NCBI GenBank assembly: GCA_048772705.1
Contig: JBLWGC010000041.1
Coordinates: 62,001-126,000 of the forward strand
Length of the DNA: 64,000 nt
Source of the DNA: Leidyana gryllorum EB-2025a
Taxonomy: Eukaryota; Protista; Apicomplexa
Reading direction: 5' to 3'
Positions 35,137 through 46,380 of this stretch are shown one piece after another. The position numbers and the translations under genes are program-made. Position 1 is the stretch's first letter; each line of letters starts with the position of its first letter. A model generated the notes under the pieces. It had not been told where the DNA came from. It saw only the letters and a program-made list of their open reading frames with translations, and did no database searches.

Positions 35137-36068
35137 ATGAAATATCACCTTCCTATCTGGCCCACAGACCGTGTTGCTCTGATTGTGGCTCACCCCGATG
35201 ACGAGTCTATGTTCTTTGTTCCAACCTTGATCAGGCTGCGCAAACACTTGCTGAATTGGCAGTCACAGATGCATGTGTTATCAGTCACTACAGGTATGCC
35301 GAAGTCGTTGACGGGATTCGATGCCCTCAGGGAACTTCGGAGGAAAAGGTGTAAAACGTCGGGCGGAGTTTTATGATGCGTGTGAATCTGTGTTTGGTGT
35401 GTCCTCCGACACCGTGCGGGTTTTCGACAATCCCAACTTTCCTGACGGATGGGCGCCTTGGGACATGGCAGCGCTGAGTGCAGAATTGTTGGAATATGTT
35501 AATGAGCACAAGATTCAGCATGTAAGGGGTGTATGAATCAACCACAAGTTCCACAGATATTCACTTTCGACCTGGACGGTGTGTCCAAACATCCCAACCA
35601 CGCAGCCACGGCAGCGGCTTGCCTGTAAGCTAAAGGCTGACGAAGCAGTCGGTAGATGTACCTCGTCAGGATGTTGAAGAATACGATCAAAAAATCTGGC
35701 ATGAAGGACTGCTCGCTTCAGCAGGTGTTCACTTTGCAGACCATGTCGCTTTTGTCCAAGTATTTCGGGGTGGTGGCTTTATTGAGGCTTTGCCTTGAGT
35801 GGCTGGTGGGTCCCAGGATCATACCGGAGCCTCCAAGTGCTGTTCGTTTTATCGAATTTGGGCAGTTCATGGCAATTCGGTAAGGTTCACTCACACGACT
35901 TATTGAATCGAGCCGGATCGAGGAGCAGGGGTATGTGGCGGCACTGGTCTCAGCTGTTGCCACACCGACTGACTTTTACTGCCCTGGGGAGGTGAGTGAG
36001 CTTTAGATGAGATTTCCATTCAGCCATCAGTTACGCCTGGCTGAACGAGTACGAGGTGGCCCCGGTAG
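35137..36068 (+). CDS. PIGL: GlcNAc-PI de-N-acetylase (GPI biosynthesis), multi-exon
   Basis: IVAHPDDESMFFVPT, TTG|NFGGKG..RRAE, IFTFDLDGVSKHPNH, MWRHWSQL, YAWLNEY. Confidence 0.9.
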
Positions 36069-36122
36069 GCGGACCCAGAAAAAAATGACAGGATCGGGGC
36101 GGAGAGCTCGGTCGCATCTAAG

Positions 36123-39100
36123 TCAGGGAACCGTTTCGGCGTTTGCGGGCTTGGAAACAATGATGTAATGAGGTTTGCGATAACGTTTCTCTTTTTTGAG
36201 CTCATTCCTCAAGGCTTGGGCGGCGGTTTTGATCCATCCGAGTTCTGCATCGCAATCGTGGCTGTGTTGTTGTGAGGAGAAGTGGGATATTCCAGAGCAC
36301 CAGGAGAGCAGATTGCAGACTCTATATTCCAGCTCGGTGCCTTCAAGCTTGCGCATGCTGCTTGGCCATCTGGTGAACTGTTTAGTAATGGCACCGAGGA
36401 TATGCAGGCGGAAGTCCAGCAAGTCAAGATCACTGTTGGAGATTCTCCAGGGCTCGAGATTCATCCGCTGAACGTCTTCGCTCGCCCGCGCGACCAGGGA
36501 TCTCCATCGTTGTCGAATTCTGCGAGTTCCTCCGCAGACTTTGGTGTCTATAGCCTTCACCTCGGACGCCCGCTTCTCGATGCTGTCTTCCTGTACGATA
36601 AAGTTTCGTTTGTACCCCTCGAATAGGTACCACATAGTGCTCGCGATGCACTGCACAGGTCCTTTGAGGGCGACAACTTCCAAACAGAGCGGGCATCGGG
36701 GTAGACGGCGTGCACTCACACGTTCTTCTTCCAAGTGTTCGTACCAAGTTTTCAGCACATTGAACTCAATAGGGTGTCCGCAGTCCAAAGTGTACCACCT
36801 TTGATTCTCTTCATCGGTTGAAGCGCAGATAATGTCTCCGACCACCGGTGTCACATCACATTCTTTGCACAAACACGGCTTCTGATCACACATTCCGCAG
36901 CAGCCGTGTCCGCAGTCCAGTGTTGTGAAACACGGCAGCATACATACGACGCTGCCTCCCGACCTCTCCGTCTCGACGTCGTGACAGACTCTCCCGCATG
37001 GCTGGTTGCACAATATGTGAATGCAGCGATAGTCGCATGGCTCAGTGCAAATAGCGCAGGTCTCGCCACAAAGCCGATCACATTGTCCGTGGGCACAGTG
37101 TCGAGAGCACAGCTCTTCACAGGGCCAACAACTCTGACCGCACTTCTTGGTACATCGATGACCGCAATACGGATGCACAGTAGAACACGACACGGCACAG
37201 GGCATATGCAGTCTGCGGCCATAACACAGTGAACAGAGTCCGGGACACATGTGGCCACACGGCAGTTTGACTCCACACGGCTCCAGACAGCCGGTTTTGT
37301 CGTCACATTGCCGTTTGTATACAGTACGACAGTCTTGACACTCCCGAATCACCTCTTCTTGGCATCCAACCCACGAACACGCACCTTCATGGTGAGCACT
37401 AAGAGTGCACGGGTGGGAACAACTGGACCCTTCTCGTCCACAAACAGTGCTGCTGTTATTCGTCTGGCCACCCAGTTCGGCGGTTACCCCTGGAGGCGTG
37501 ACATGGTCAATCGAATGCCGGGCAGTGAGGAACTTGTTGAACTCCTGGCGTTGGGACCTCGACATGATGAGTATTGTGCGACCTTTCACAGCTTCGTATA
37601 GTCGAAGGACACTGCTGACACTTTGTTCCCATCCCTCGTGTTCCGTCAGCAGAGCGATGGCCACATCTGGTTCCTCGTCGAGAGACCTTAGGTCGTCAAA
37701 CAAGACAGTGTGCACATTCTGCAAGTGATCATAGACAGCGATGCGGTCTAAACATTCAGCCTGATAGGTGGCCAGGAGGACTATGCAATCGCAGTTTTTG
37801 GCCCCCCCCTCTTCAGAGATTGTGTGTCCAATCCAAGCGAACGCAGACTGCAAGTGTGTGTCGTTCTCGCACTCTATGCAGAGAAGCGTTTGGGCTTCGG
37901 CCAGATCCAGACGGCTGGTGTCCGTTGTCAAACGAGGCTGTCTTCCTTCTTTCAGAGAGGTGCAGGCTTTGCTCGCCCACTGCTTTGTATTGATCAACAG
38001 CGTACTCTTGGCTCCCACTCTTATATTCCGAAGAGCGCTGCGGGAGTGGGGGTGAAAGGAGGCCACATTCAATAAGAAAACTCGTCGGTATGCGGTGTCC
38101 CGGATGTGCGGGAAGAACATTGGGAGGTGATCGGCGATTGTAATGTCAATGTCACTTTGGTGTGCGAGCGGCCGGGCACTGGGCTTGTGCAACCGAACCA
38201 GATTACCGAACCAGTCCTGCTCCACCCGGCTCAGAGTGTCTTCGTACTGACCTCTCCAACATTGTACAGCCCGCTCTCTCCACTCATGATGCATTCGCCA
38301 GAGATCGTTGGAGCGCTGAAGCTCATATAAGGATCCGGGCTGCGGTGTATTGGAGCTCGAGGGGGAGTCGTCGGTGAATACCCTCGGGCAGAATCTGCTG
38401 ATGATATCCTCAATTCTCCAAGACAACGGAGAATAGTGATTGTCGAGGAGTTCTGTTAAATGGTGTGGATTAATCCTCTGAAGTGTTCGCAGGAATAAGC
38501 GTCCACCCGGCAGCCTTCCCTGTTTCCTCAACTCAGCTGCGCACTCAATCTCCTCCCAACACCGAATGTGATCGAGCAAATCCCGGCCGGGCGCAACGAT
38601 TATCGCTTCGGGCTCTGTGGTGCCGTTCAGACCGGCGACGTGCTTCTCGTCCAACAATAGGAGACGTTGATGGACCTGACGAGGATTCATTGTTTCATTG
38701 ATACCTCGAGACAGATGCAGCGCTTGATCTACCGTCTGACAGATAACCAAATAGTGCGGGCTCTCGTGATCCATATACACCTGCATAGCCTCGAGGACTG
38801 TCCGCACCACCAGTGACGGAGCGACCCCCAAAGCCAAGAAACCCTCGTGGTTTTGGATCAGACTTGCCAGAGAGGTCGTCTTGCGGGGGTCATACGACAC
38901 CTCACTCAGAGGCTCGATCAATCGGGTGGGAGCCATAAGATTGCAATGGATGGCAGCCGCGACACCCTCAGCGTCTAAGCCTATCTCGAAAAGTAGTGAA
39001 CGTCCCTCTGGCAGCGTCGCTGGAGTCTGGAACTGTGTGAGATCTCCCGGGTCGAATGGCTCAATCCACATCATGTCGTCATGCACTGCGAGAGGCAGAG

Positions 39101-39746
39101 ACTGCTGGTGATACTTTGCCATCGCTTCCTCGGCTTCCCGACCACCGGTTCTCGCCACCAATCCAACGAATACTCCCTCCGTTGTCACCAGAAATATGAG
39201 GTTTCGAGGACGACGCAGTCGACTCCATAGGCGCTGAGAAGCATTAGCTGTGAATAAGAGACTGGAGAGTGGGAAGGGGGCGATGAGCGATGAGTGAGCG
39301 ATGAGTGAGCGGTGAGTGAGCGGTGGGGTGGACAGTGAGGATTCAGACTCACCTGAGTCAGTGCCGGTGGCCGGTCCACTTGGAGACAGATACAGAGACG
39401 AGGAGCGAATGGGCCCGGGAGGACATCATAGGTGACAAAACGAAAGTCGGTATATATGGCGACCGAGTGCTGCCAGCAGGCCTCATAAGAGCCGCTCAGA
39501 CATTTGGGATTGAGCTTCGCCACATACAGATTTCTAACACTAATTCGTATTTGATCGACCAACGTCGGGGATATCGGCCTATCGAGCCGTGCGACCTCTG
39601 CATCGTTGTAGGGACGCCAGGCGCCTCGTTTGATCGACTGGAGGAGAGGCTCAAAGGTTCGCAGGAGCTCAATACGATAGTCATTCTTTCTCGCACTGTG
39701 AACCAATAATCAAGTCGCCGCGACCGCTGTTACCGTACGTGTTCAT
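36123..39746 (-). CDS. ZNFX1-like NF-X1 zinc-finger protein with degenerate SF1 helicase region
   Basis: Tandem Cys/His fingers (CLEPCGVKLPCGHMCPGLCSLC, CGHRCTKKCGQSCWPC, CFTTLDCGHGCCGMC), RING-like LDCGH..LPRCPLC, and helicase-motif remnants upstream. The start is approximate. Confidence 0.7.
39285..39328. repeat. 11-nt tandem repeat (GAGCGRTGAGT, ~4 copies) inside an intron
   Basis: gagcgatgagt gagcgatgagt gagcggtgagt gagcggtgggg. Confidence 0.85.
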
Positions 39747-39878
39747 ATTTGGGCGCGCGGGTCTTCTCAGAGTGTGTTGTCAGCCCATTAGTCGAGACAT
39801 GGAAAAAACCTTTGATGAAGAACTACAACTCATCATGCCTGCGAAGGCCATTGAGATATAACACCAACATTACAGAGT

Positions 39879-41921
39879 CTACCCTGCGAAGTGGGTCGTC
39901 AGGAACGACGAAATCGCCTCCACACTCCTCTCGCCGTCATAAACGATTGGCATACTCGATCTGCAGCCGTGAAGGACACGCCAAACATGATTGCCACCTA
40001 CCGCTTGTCAATTATCACAATCATTGGTAATCCCTCAATGTTGAGGGTACCCATACGGCCTGACGCCGTCAGCAGGGGTGGGAACGTATTGCTCTCCACA
40101 TTCAGCGCCGCGAAAGTCAAACTCGCACTGCTGAACCGTTCAGCTACTGCAGTGTACAGAGGTGTGACCTTGTAGCAGTGAGCACACCTGAGGCGCGCAA
40201 TCGAACGAGATCTAACCACCACAAACTCACCAATTGGCATACAGATAGACCACAAGTGAGGGGGCCTTCGGGTCGTTCAACAGATCGTTGAGCCCATAGC
40301 TGCTCAGGTGCTGCCGACCAGGAATGTCCCGCTGTGCTGAACACGCACGCACACTCACCACAATGGCACCGTCAGGTTTGGCTTTGACGGAATCCGACGG
40401 CAGCAAATTCGGTCGCAAATCATCCCGCATCGCGCCTTTGTTGAGGAAAGAAGAAGGTGTGAAGGCCACAATCCGTGTGTGTTTGCGGGACTCACGCTCA
40501 GCGAATGACTTGAGCTTTGCGCTGCTGGCCTCCATCCAGTTGCTTTCTTTGAATTCGTATCCCACTCGCGACTCTGTTAGAGTTGGAGAGAACCACGTTC
40601 TCTCAGTCGAGGTGTCTGGTGCCGTGGCGACAGCGTATCGAGGGATCAAAGTTGGGAGCGGTTTGTAGAGGATGAGACGGGGCGGGAGGCTCATTCGCAT
40701 GAGATCGGTCGCATTCTGATCAATAATTTGACTCAACGAGAGCCAATCCAGCAGTCTTCTTTCGAATGGAGTCGAAGCTCCCATTTCGGCTACAATCAGA
40801 CCCAAACTTCGCAGAGGTTTCAGCTGTAGAACAAAGGGACGGGCGATATGTGGTGATCCCTCCTTCGGATTTGTGACACTCACCTTCTCGCGGGCCTCAC
40901 TCAACGCAGCGTCGTCAATGTTCTCTGGGTAGATGGCCAGTAAGACGGGTTTCATTCCTCCCAGCACCTGTTGATGAATGTGGGTTACTCGCGCTTCTCT
41001 CTCATTCATGAGACTTACGCCTTGGGCATTGCTTTTATCGAGGCGGAGGGGAGATTTTTCTTGTAGTATTGTGGCATAGGAGGGTATGTCGGTTGCCACT
41101 TTGAGCTCCCAGTGGGTCCAGCCGGCTCCCAGCCTGTTTCTGTACAGGAGAGAACAGGTTGAGGGGGCGCCCCCGATGACTTTAGCGCAATGATTGGTGC
41201 GAGCTATCGGGAATTCATAAGCAGTTTTGGCCAAATCTACCAGGGTGGGTTGGTCGTTGCAATTGCACAGCAAACCCAATTCTGAGGCGAATTGCATCAG
41301 ATCTTTGAGCTCCGACTCAGTCTGGATTTCCACCGCCTCGGGCTGGCTTTTATCTTGCCTGCAAGCTACTGCCATGAGACGGAGACCTGATAGCCTACTG
41401 GAGCGTCCACAGATAAACATTCGGGGCCTGCAGCTCGCCGGTGAAGATCTCCGGTTCCTGTTCTTCTCTGAGAGAGGGGCGGGCACACACATACTTTGGG
41501 TGTAGCGCGTTCCAACAGCTTACACATCGAGATAGAGGGTTGTGGGCACCCAGTCAATTCCCCATTGATCCAATACTTCGGGATACTTTGCGGCATCAAT
41601 GGTGACGAATCGTGGAGCTCGGTCGCCGTGTGTATGGTTATAGTACTCTGCAACCCGATCGAGTTCGTTCAGATACTTTCTGCAGGGCGAGCACCAGTCG
41701 GCTTGGACCACAAGGAGTGTGGACTGGGAAACCGAGGATAAGTCGGCAGGTGATATACTATGCACGAGTTCCGAGTGTTGTGGCAAAGAGTCAGAAGAAC
41801 GAGCAGCGTAACGCCTATTGCGGGAAAAGCCCCATATCGGGGTACTCGGAGCATTCCAATTGGGAGTGTTAGCCAGGGAGAACACTATGCCCAGCAGGCA
41901 TGCTGCAAGTGCCCTGGACAT
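39879..41921 (-). CDS. Protein disulfide isomerase-like protein (signal peptide, two CxxC thioredoxin domains), multi-exon
   Basis: Signal peptide, ADWCSPC..WVPT, second domain LYANW|CAHC..IEGLPMI..YDGERSVEAISSFL; ends THFAG*. Confidence 0.78.
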
Positions 41922-41940
41922 TTTTTTTCTCGACTACACA

Positions 41941-42546
41941 ATGCTTCCCACTCTGCGGATGCTATCCAAGAGTCAATCATCAACATGGCTTGCTAGAAGT
42001 GCTGTGCCCATGCTGTGGTCGACTCGTACTAATCATATAAATGTCCCGAGGCGATGGAACGGGAGCAGCGGAGGTGACTGTGAGAACGGCGGAAGCCAGC
42101 CGTCTTTTAAGGAAGCTCCCAACACCACCACCACACCAGCTAGCGAGAGTCTGTTGAAGGGGAGGACGATACCCTTGGAGAGGAAGGAGTACGCTGATTT
42201 GCCTTCAACTCGATATGATGCTATTGGGGTGCTGTCGGATCTGATCGGCAACCATCCAGTGGTATTGTTTATGAAGGGGACTCCGGACGCTCCCAAGTGT
42301 GGCCACAGTCGGAAAGCCACCGAGGCAATCGCAAGGACGGGGCTGAAGCATTATATCGTGGTGGATGTACTCGCAAGTCCCGTTATCAGAAGTACATTGA
42401 AAGAGCTAGCTGGATGCAAAACAGTGCCACAACTCTTTGTAAAGGGCCAATTCGTTGGCGATGCATCGAAAGTGGTCGAAATGCAAGAGTCTGGAGAGCT
42501 CCTGGATCTGTTCGCAAGTTGCGCCGCCGACACACACACGGAGTGA
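41941..42546 (+). CDS. Monothiol glutaredoxin (Grx5-like) with mitochondrial-type presequence
   Basis: VVLFMKGTPDAPKCGHS, VDVL..IRSTLKE, TVPQLFVKGQFVGD, MQESGEL. Confidence 0.88.
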   Translation: MLPTLRMLSKSQSSTWLARSAVPMLWSTRTNHINVPRRWNGSSGGDCENGGSQPSFKEAPNTTTTPASESLLKGRTIPLERKEYADLPSTRYDAIGVLSDLIGNHPVVLFMKGTPDAPKCGHSRKATEAIARTGLKHYIVVDVLASPVIRSTLKELAGCKTVPQLFVKGQFVGDASKVVEMQESGELLDLFASCAADTHTE

Positions 42547-42616
42547 GAGGCGTTTTGAGCATTGTTTTTTGTGACTTCAAAACACATTCATCTCTCCTTC
42601 CGCGCTCCACCCAAAG

Positions 42617-42994
42617 ATGTCTGGAATCACTGTTCACGCTGATGTCATCTCTGAGTGGAACCAGATGAAGCTCAAGCATGCTTACAACTACTTGACCTTC
42701 AAGGTACAAGACCAGAAGGAGATTGTTGTCGACAAGAAGGGCAAGGGATCTTTCAACGAGTTCAAGAGCACTTGTCTGGAGGCCAACCAATGCCGCTACG
42801 CTGTCGTCGAAGTGCCCAACACCCCGAAAATTGTTTTCATTATGTGGACCCCCGACTCGGCCGGAGTCAAGGATAAGATGATCTACGCATCCAGCCGCCA
42901 GGCTATTTTGGAAAAGTTGGCGGGTCACGCTAAAGCTATTCAAGCCTCTGATCACTCAGACATCGACGAGAACAAGGTTCGTGCTGCTCTTTAG
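42617..42994 (+). CDS. ADF: Actin depolymerizing factor / cofilin
   Basis: MSGITV, CRYAV, KIVFIMWTPDSAGVKDKMIYASS, IQASD; 125 aa, short apicomplexan type. Confidence 0.95.
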   Translation: MSGITVHADVISEWNQMKLKHAYNYLTFKVQDQKEIVVDKKGKGSFNEFKSTCLEANQCRYAVVEVPNTPKIVFIMWTPDSAGVKDKMIYASSRQAILEKLAGHAKAIQASDHSDIDENKVRAAL

Positions 42995-43123
42995 AGAAAG
43001 TGTTGCTACAAAGTGATTGTTCGTGATTAAGGTCCTTTCTTGTGAATCACAGGGGGGAGTGCAATCCATAAGCACCTTCATGCAACATGTAACAAAAGTT
43101 GAAAGTTCAAAATAAAGGTCTCT

Positions 43124-44033
43124 CTAAGCAGTTGCGTTCAGCAACTCCTCAGTCTCTTCCATGTTGTGCTGAGGGGTCTCAGCATTCGGGCCGGTCAGTC
43201 CCTCCTTCTCGCCCGGAAGAGTGTGCCAGCCCTTGCGGTAGACGCACAGCCAGATAAAGACGAAAATGGCAAACCAGAATCTAAGAGCAGTGCTGCTGTA
43301 TCCCTGGTAGTGGGGTCTGATGTCGTAGTCTTCGCCTAGAGCGAGGTAGTACTTGCTGGCTGCATATCTATGCCACCACAATTGAAGCAGGACGTCGGCG
43401 TGGAGCTCAACCAGAGAGATCGGAGCCAGGAAAAGGAGAATGATAACGTCTATGACGACAATCGCGCGGTAGTGAGTTCTGATGCTGCCGAGAAGGCCGT
43501 TTTTCGCGAAGAGGGTGGAGAGCTGCGATATGGAAAATGGTGAATTCAGACTGTTGAGTGTTGAATCTCACCCTGGCCAGGAGGCTGCAACCCAGGAGAC
43601 AGGTGGTCACGATAGCTAAAATGAAAAGTGTTTTGGTCGATTTGATCGAGTCGGAAAGGTTGAGGCAGAGAGACTTGTCAGCACCATCTCCTTCACAGAT
43701 GGTGTCCTGGAACCTGGTGTTTTTCCGAACACGTGTGCCAATGGTACAGCAAAATCTGAGTACTCACTCTTGGAACGATCCCAAGGGAAGGTAGGTACCA
43801 TCGGTGGGCCACGCTTCCTTGGGATAGGCCTTGAAGCCTCTGCCGACGGTCGCGAGGGTGACAGGGTTGAAGCTGCCCACACCCTCTGCGTTTTTTATTC
43901 CAGCGGGCCAGAAGAGCTGTGTGGCTAAGGGCAGCCAGAACTCTATGAAACTGAGGGCGAAGATTAGCGTTTCGATGCAAATGAAGGCAATCTGGGCCCG
44001 TTTGTGGATACGAGTGTCGCTAGTATCGGACAT
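43124..44033 (-). CDS. Hypothetical multi-pass membrane protein, multi-exon
   Basis: Hydrophobic segments IAFICIETLIFALSFIEFWL and ALRFWFAIFVFIWLCVY in ORF pieces separated by GT-AG introns. Confidence 0.55.
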
Positions 44034-44096
44034 TTTCGTTCTCGGTTGCACGCAGTCGTACTAGGTGCATGCACATGAAGTGTCTACTTGGATGAG

Positions 44097-45593
44097 CTAA
44101 GCACCAGTCTTCGCCATCAAATCACGTGTATTCACATAGATCTGTTTGAAGATGTGGTGTTGCTTGTTGTACATCTCCCGTACTTCAGGAACCGGTTCCT
44201 GGATACTTCCGACTCGGTTCCACCCCTCGATATCTTCGAGGCTGCATGTCTTGGTGGCGAGCGCGGCCAAAAATCCATCACCGAACGAAGCGCCGGTCAT
44301 TTTCTCGCGAACAACCTGAGGGTATCCGCTAATGTCCGACACTGCCCGAATCCAGATCGGGTTCTTCGTACCCCCGCCAACAGCGACCATTTTGCGGGGA
44401 GGAATGCCGGCTTCTTCAAAGGTCTCGATGGCGTGTCGAACGCCATGTGCAATTCCCTCTATTCCAGCTCGATAAATATCAGCTCGAGTATGCGTAAGGT
44501 CCAATCCAAAAATGACACCCTTCGCAAGTGGGTCGTGGATGGGTGTTCGTTCGCCAGAAAAATAGGGTAGCATTAATAGACCTCTTGCTCCGGGTGGGGA
44601 TTGCATTCCCTCTCGACACATTTGCACTATAACTTCATCGGGGCTCTTGTCGCGGAATATCTCTCTTCCCATCCACCGAGTCAGTGTACCGCTGGTAGCC
44701 AGACCAGCTTGTGACACATGTAATCCTTTGAAGAGCCACGGCGCATACCAAAGTCTAGAGTCTCGGACAATGTTCTCAGTCACTTGAATAATAAAAATAG
44801 TTGATCCATACATCATCATCAGATCTCCAGGACTGACCACTCCCACACTTAAGGCTTCGGCAGCAGCATCAATCGTTCCACATACCACTGGAGTACCCTC
44901 AGCGAGCCCAGTTTCAATAGAAGCAATCCGGTTAACATGTCCAACAATCTCACTGCTCCACGTCAAACGAGGGAGGTATTCAGGTTTTATAATTCCATCA
45001 CAATGCTCTTCATTCCAGCATTGTCTCACAGGGTCATACAGTGGAGTGTACCCCGCTGCAGTGAAGTGATCCATCACGTACTCTCCAGTAAGCTTATGCA
45101 CGATATATGATGTCGCACTCAGGACCATTCGGGTCTTCGCATACAGATCAGGCCGTTGACGCTTCAACCATAAAATCTTCGGCCCAACCGACTGACTTGT
45201 CAATCCAGAATTGCATGTTTCCAACAAGTAGTCAACACCATACTTGGATAAAAGTATCTCAATCTCGCGATGAGCTCGAGTATCCACTCCATACAACACA
45301 CCATTAGTCAAAGGCTTTCCTTCTTCATTGAGAGGCAGCATACAGGGGCCAATGGCACTCGTACAAATGGCTCCAATCTCTCTTGGATCACAGTTGAACT
45401 CGTTCAATAGCTTCCGTACAATGTCTTTCACGTCACCCCACCACACACCCTCAGGGTCGTGCTCCGCCCATCCACTTTGCGGAACCAACATTTCATGAGG
45501 TTTGGAGGCGGTGGCTAGCAATATACCTTTGCTATCCACAAGCACCCCCTTCGATTCGAAAGTACCAACATCAACACCAATAAAAAATACCAT
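44097..45593 (-). CDS. FGGY-family carbohydrate kinase (xylulokinase-like), intronless, bacterial type
   Basis: IGVDVGTFESKGVLVD, GWAEHDP, SAIGPC, PKILWLK, GTIDAAAE, LPYFSGERTP, AVGGGTKNPIW. Confidence 0.93.
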   Translation of the reverse strand: MVFFIGVDVGTFESKGVLVDSKGILLATASKPHEMLVPQSGWAEHDPEGVWWGDVKDIVRKLLNEFNCDPREIGAICTSAIGPCMLPLNEEGKPLTNGVLYGVDTRAHREIEILLSKYGVDYLLETCNSGLTSQSVGPKILWLKRQRPDLYAKTRMVLSATSYIVHKLTGEYVMDHFTAAGYTPLYDPVRQCWNEEHCDGIIKPEYLPRLTWSSEIVGHVNRIASIETGLAEGTPVVCGTIDAAAEALSVGVVSPGDLMMMYGSTIFIIQVTENIVRDSRLWYAPWLFKGLHVSQAGLATSGTLTRWMGREIFRDKSPDEVIVQMCREGMQSPPGARGLLMLPYFSGERTPIHDPLAKGVIFGLDLTHTRADIYRAGIEGIAHGVRHAIETFEEAGIPPRKMVAVGGGTKNPIWIRAVSDISGYPQVVREKMTGASFGDGFLAALATKTCSLEDIEGWNRVGSIQEPVPEVREMYNKQHHIFKQIYVNTRDLMAKTGA

Positions 45594-45988
45594 GATCACT
45601 GCAATGCAACACCAATAAACAGGAAGGAGTAGATCACTGCAATCACGGTCAACAGCAAATTCAATAAGTCTAGTACACGCCAAAAATCCGACCTTTCTTC
45701 GTCATCATGTGTGCGCCGATCGAACGCGTGCGTCACCCCCCTGTGCTATCATGGCCACCCCGTTTGTACCATTCGGCAAAGTGTGTTGTTGATTTAGCGA
45801 TCTAATGTTCATGCGATTCGATGTGGTCAGGTCGCATCTGTCTTGCTTTCTGGCTGAACACGCATCTGAGGGTCGTCTTTCCCGAGACACCGTACCGTAG
45901 TAATCTAGCAACTAGCTGCCGTAGGCGTAAGGAAGTATGAGCCAGTGTCCTGTCGTCAGTTCGCCACTTGCTCGGTGTTGCGTGCAAA

Positions 45989-46330
45989 TCATGCAACCTG
46001 AGCTTTCATCTCTTGGAAGGCATCGAACTCTCTCAGCACCATGTCTTTCAAGCTTCCCATGAACTGCTTTGCCCTTTCAGGGTACTCCGCAAAAATCGAC
46101 GCCAACGTCGCTTGAGCTTGCTCCAACCGGTCCTTCATCTCATCTTCCACCTCCTCCACCGAACGGCAATGAAAGTACTCAGCTAGTTCCTCTTGATGGT
46201 CGAAAAACTCTGCCATGATGTCCGTAGCCTCACTCACGTGTCCCTTTTTCAGCTCCCCTTTCGCCCGCTTCAATGAATCCGCATACATCGTTTGGACTTG
46301 AGCTGACACAGTAGGATCAGGAGCAACCAT
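45989..46330 (-). CDS. Hypothetical small acidic helical protein
   Basis: 113-aa ORF with amphipathic helical composition that fills an otherwise empty gap. Confidence 0.5.
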   Translation of the reverse strand: MVAPDPTVSAQVQTMYADSLKRAKGELKKGHVSEATDIMAEFFDHQEELAEYFHCRSVEEVEDEMKDRLEQAQATLASIFAEYPERAKQFMGSLKDMVLREFDAFQEMKAQVA

Positions 46331-46380
46331 ATTCACTTTGCGACTCCAAAAGGGTCTCTCTCCAAAAAGTACTGCCCTGT

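Noticed and set aside
39747-39800. In-frame ATG..TGA upstream of the ZNFX1-like start as stop readthrough, selenocysteine or code reassignment
   Set aside because: Single instance with no conserved context. TGA, TAA and TAG all act as normal stops elsewhere in the window.
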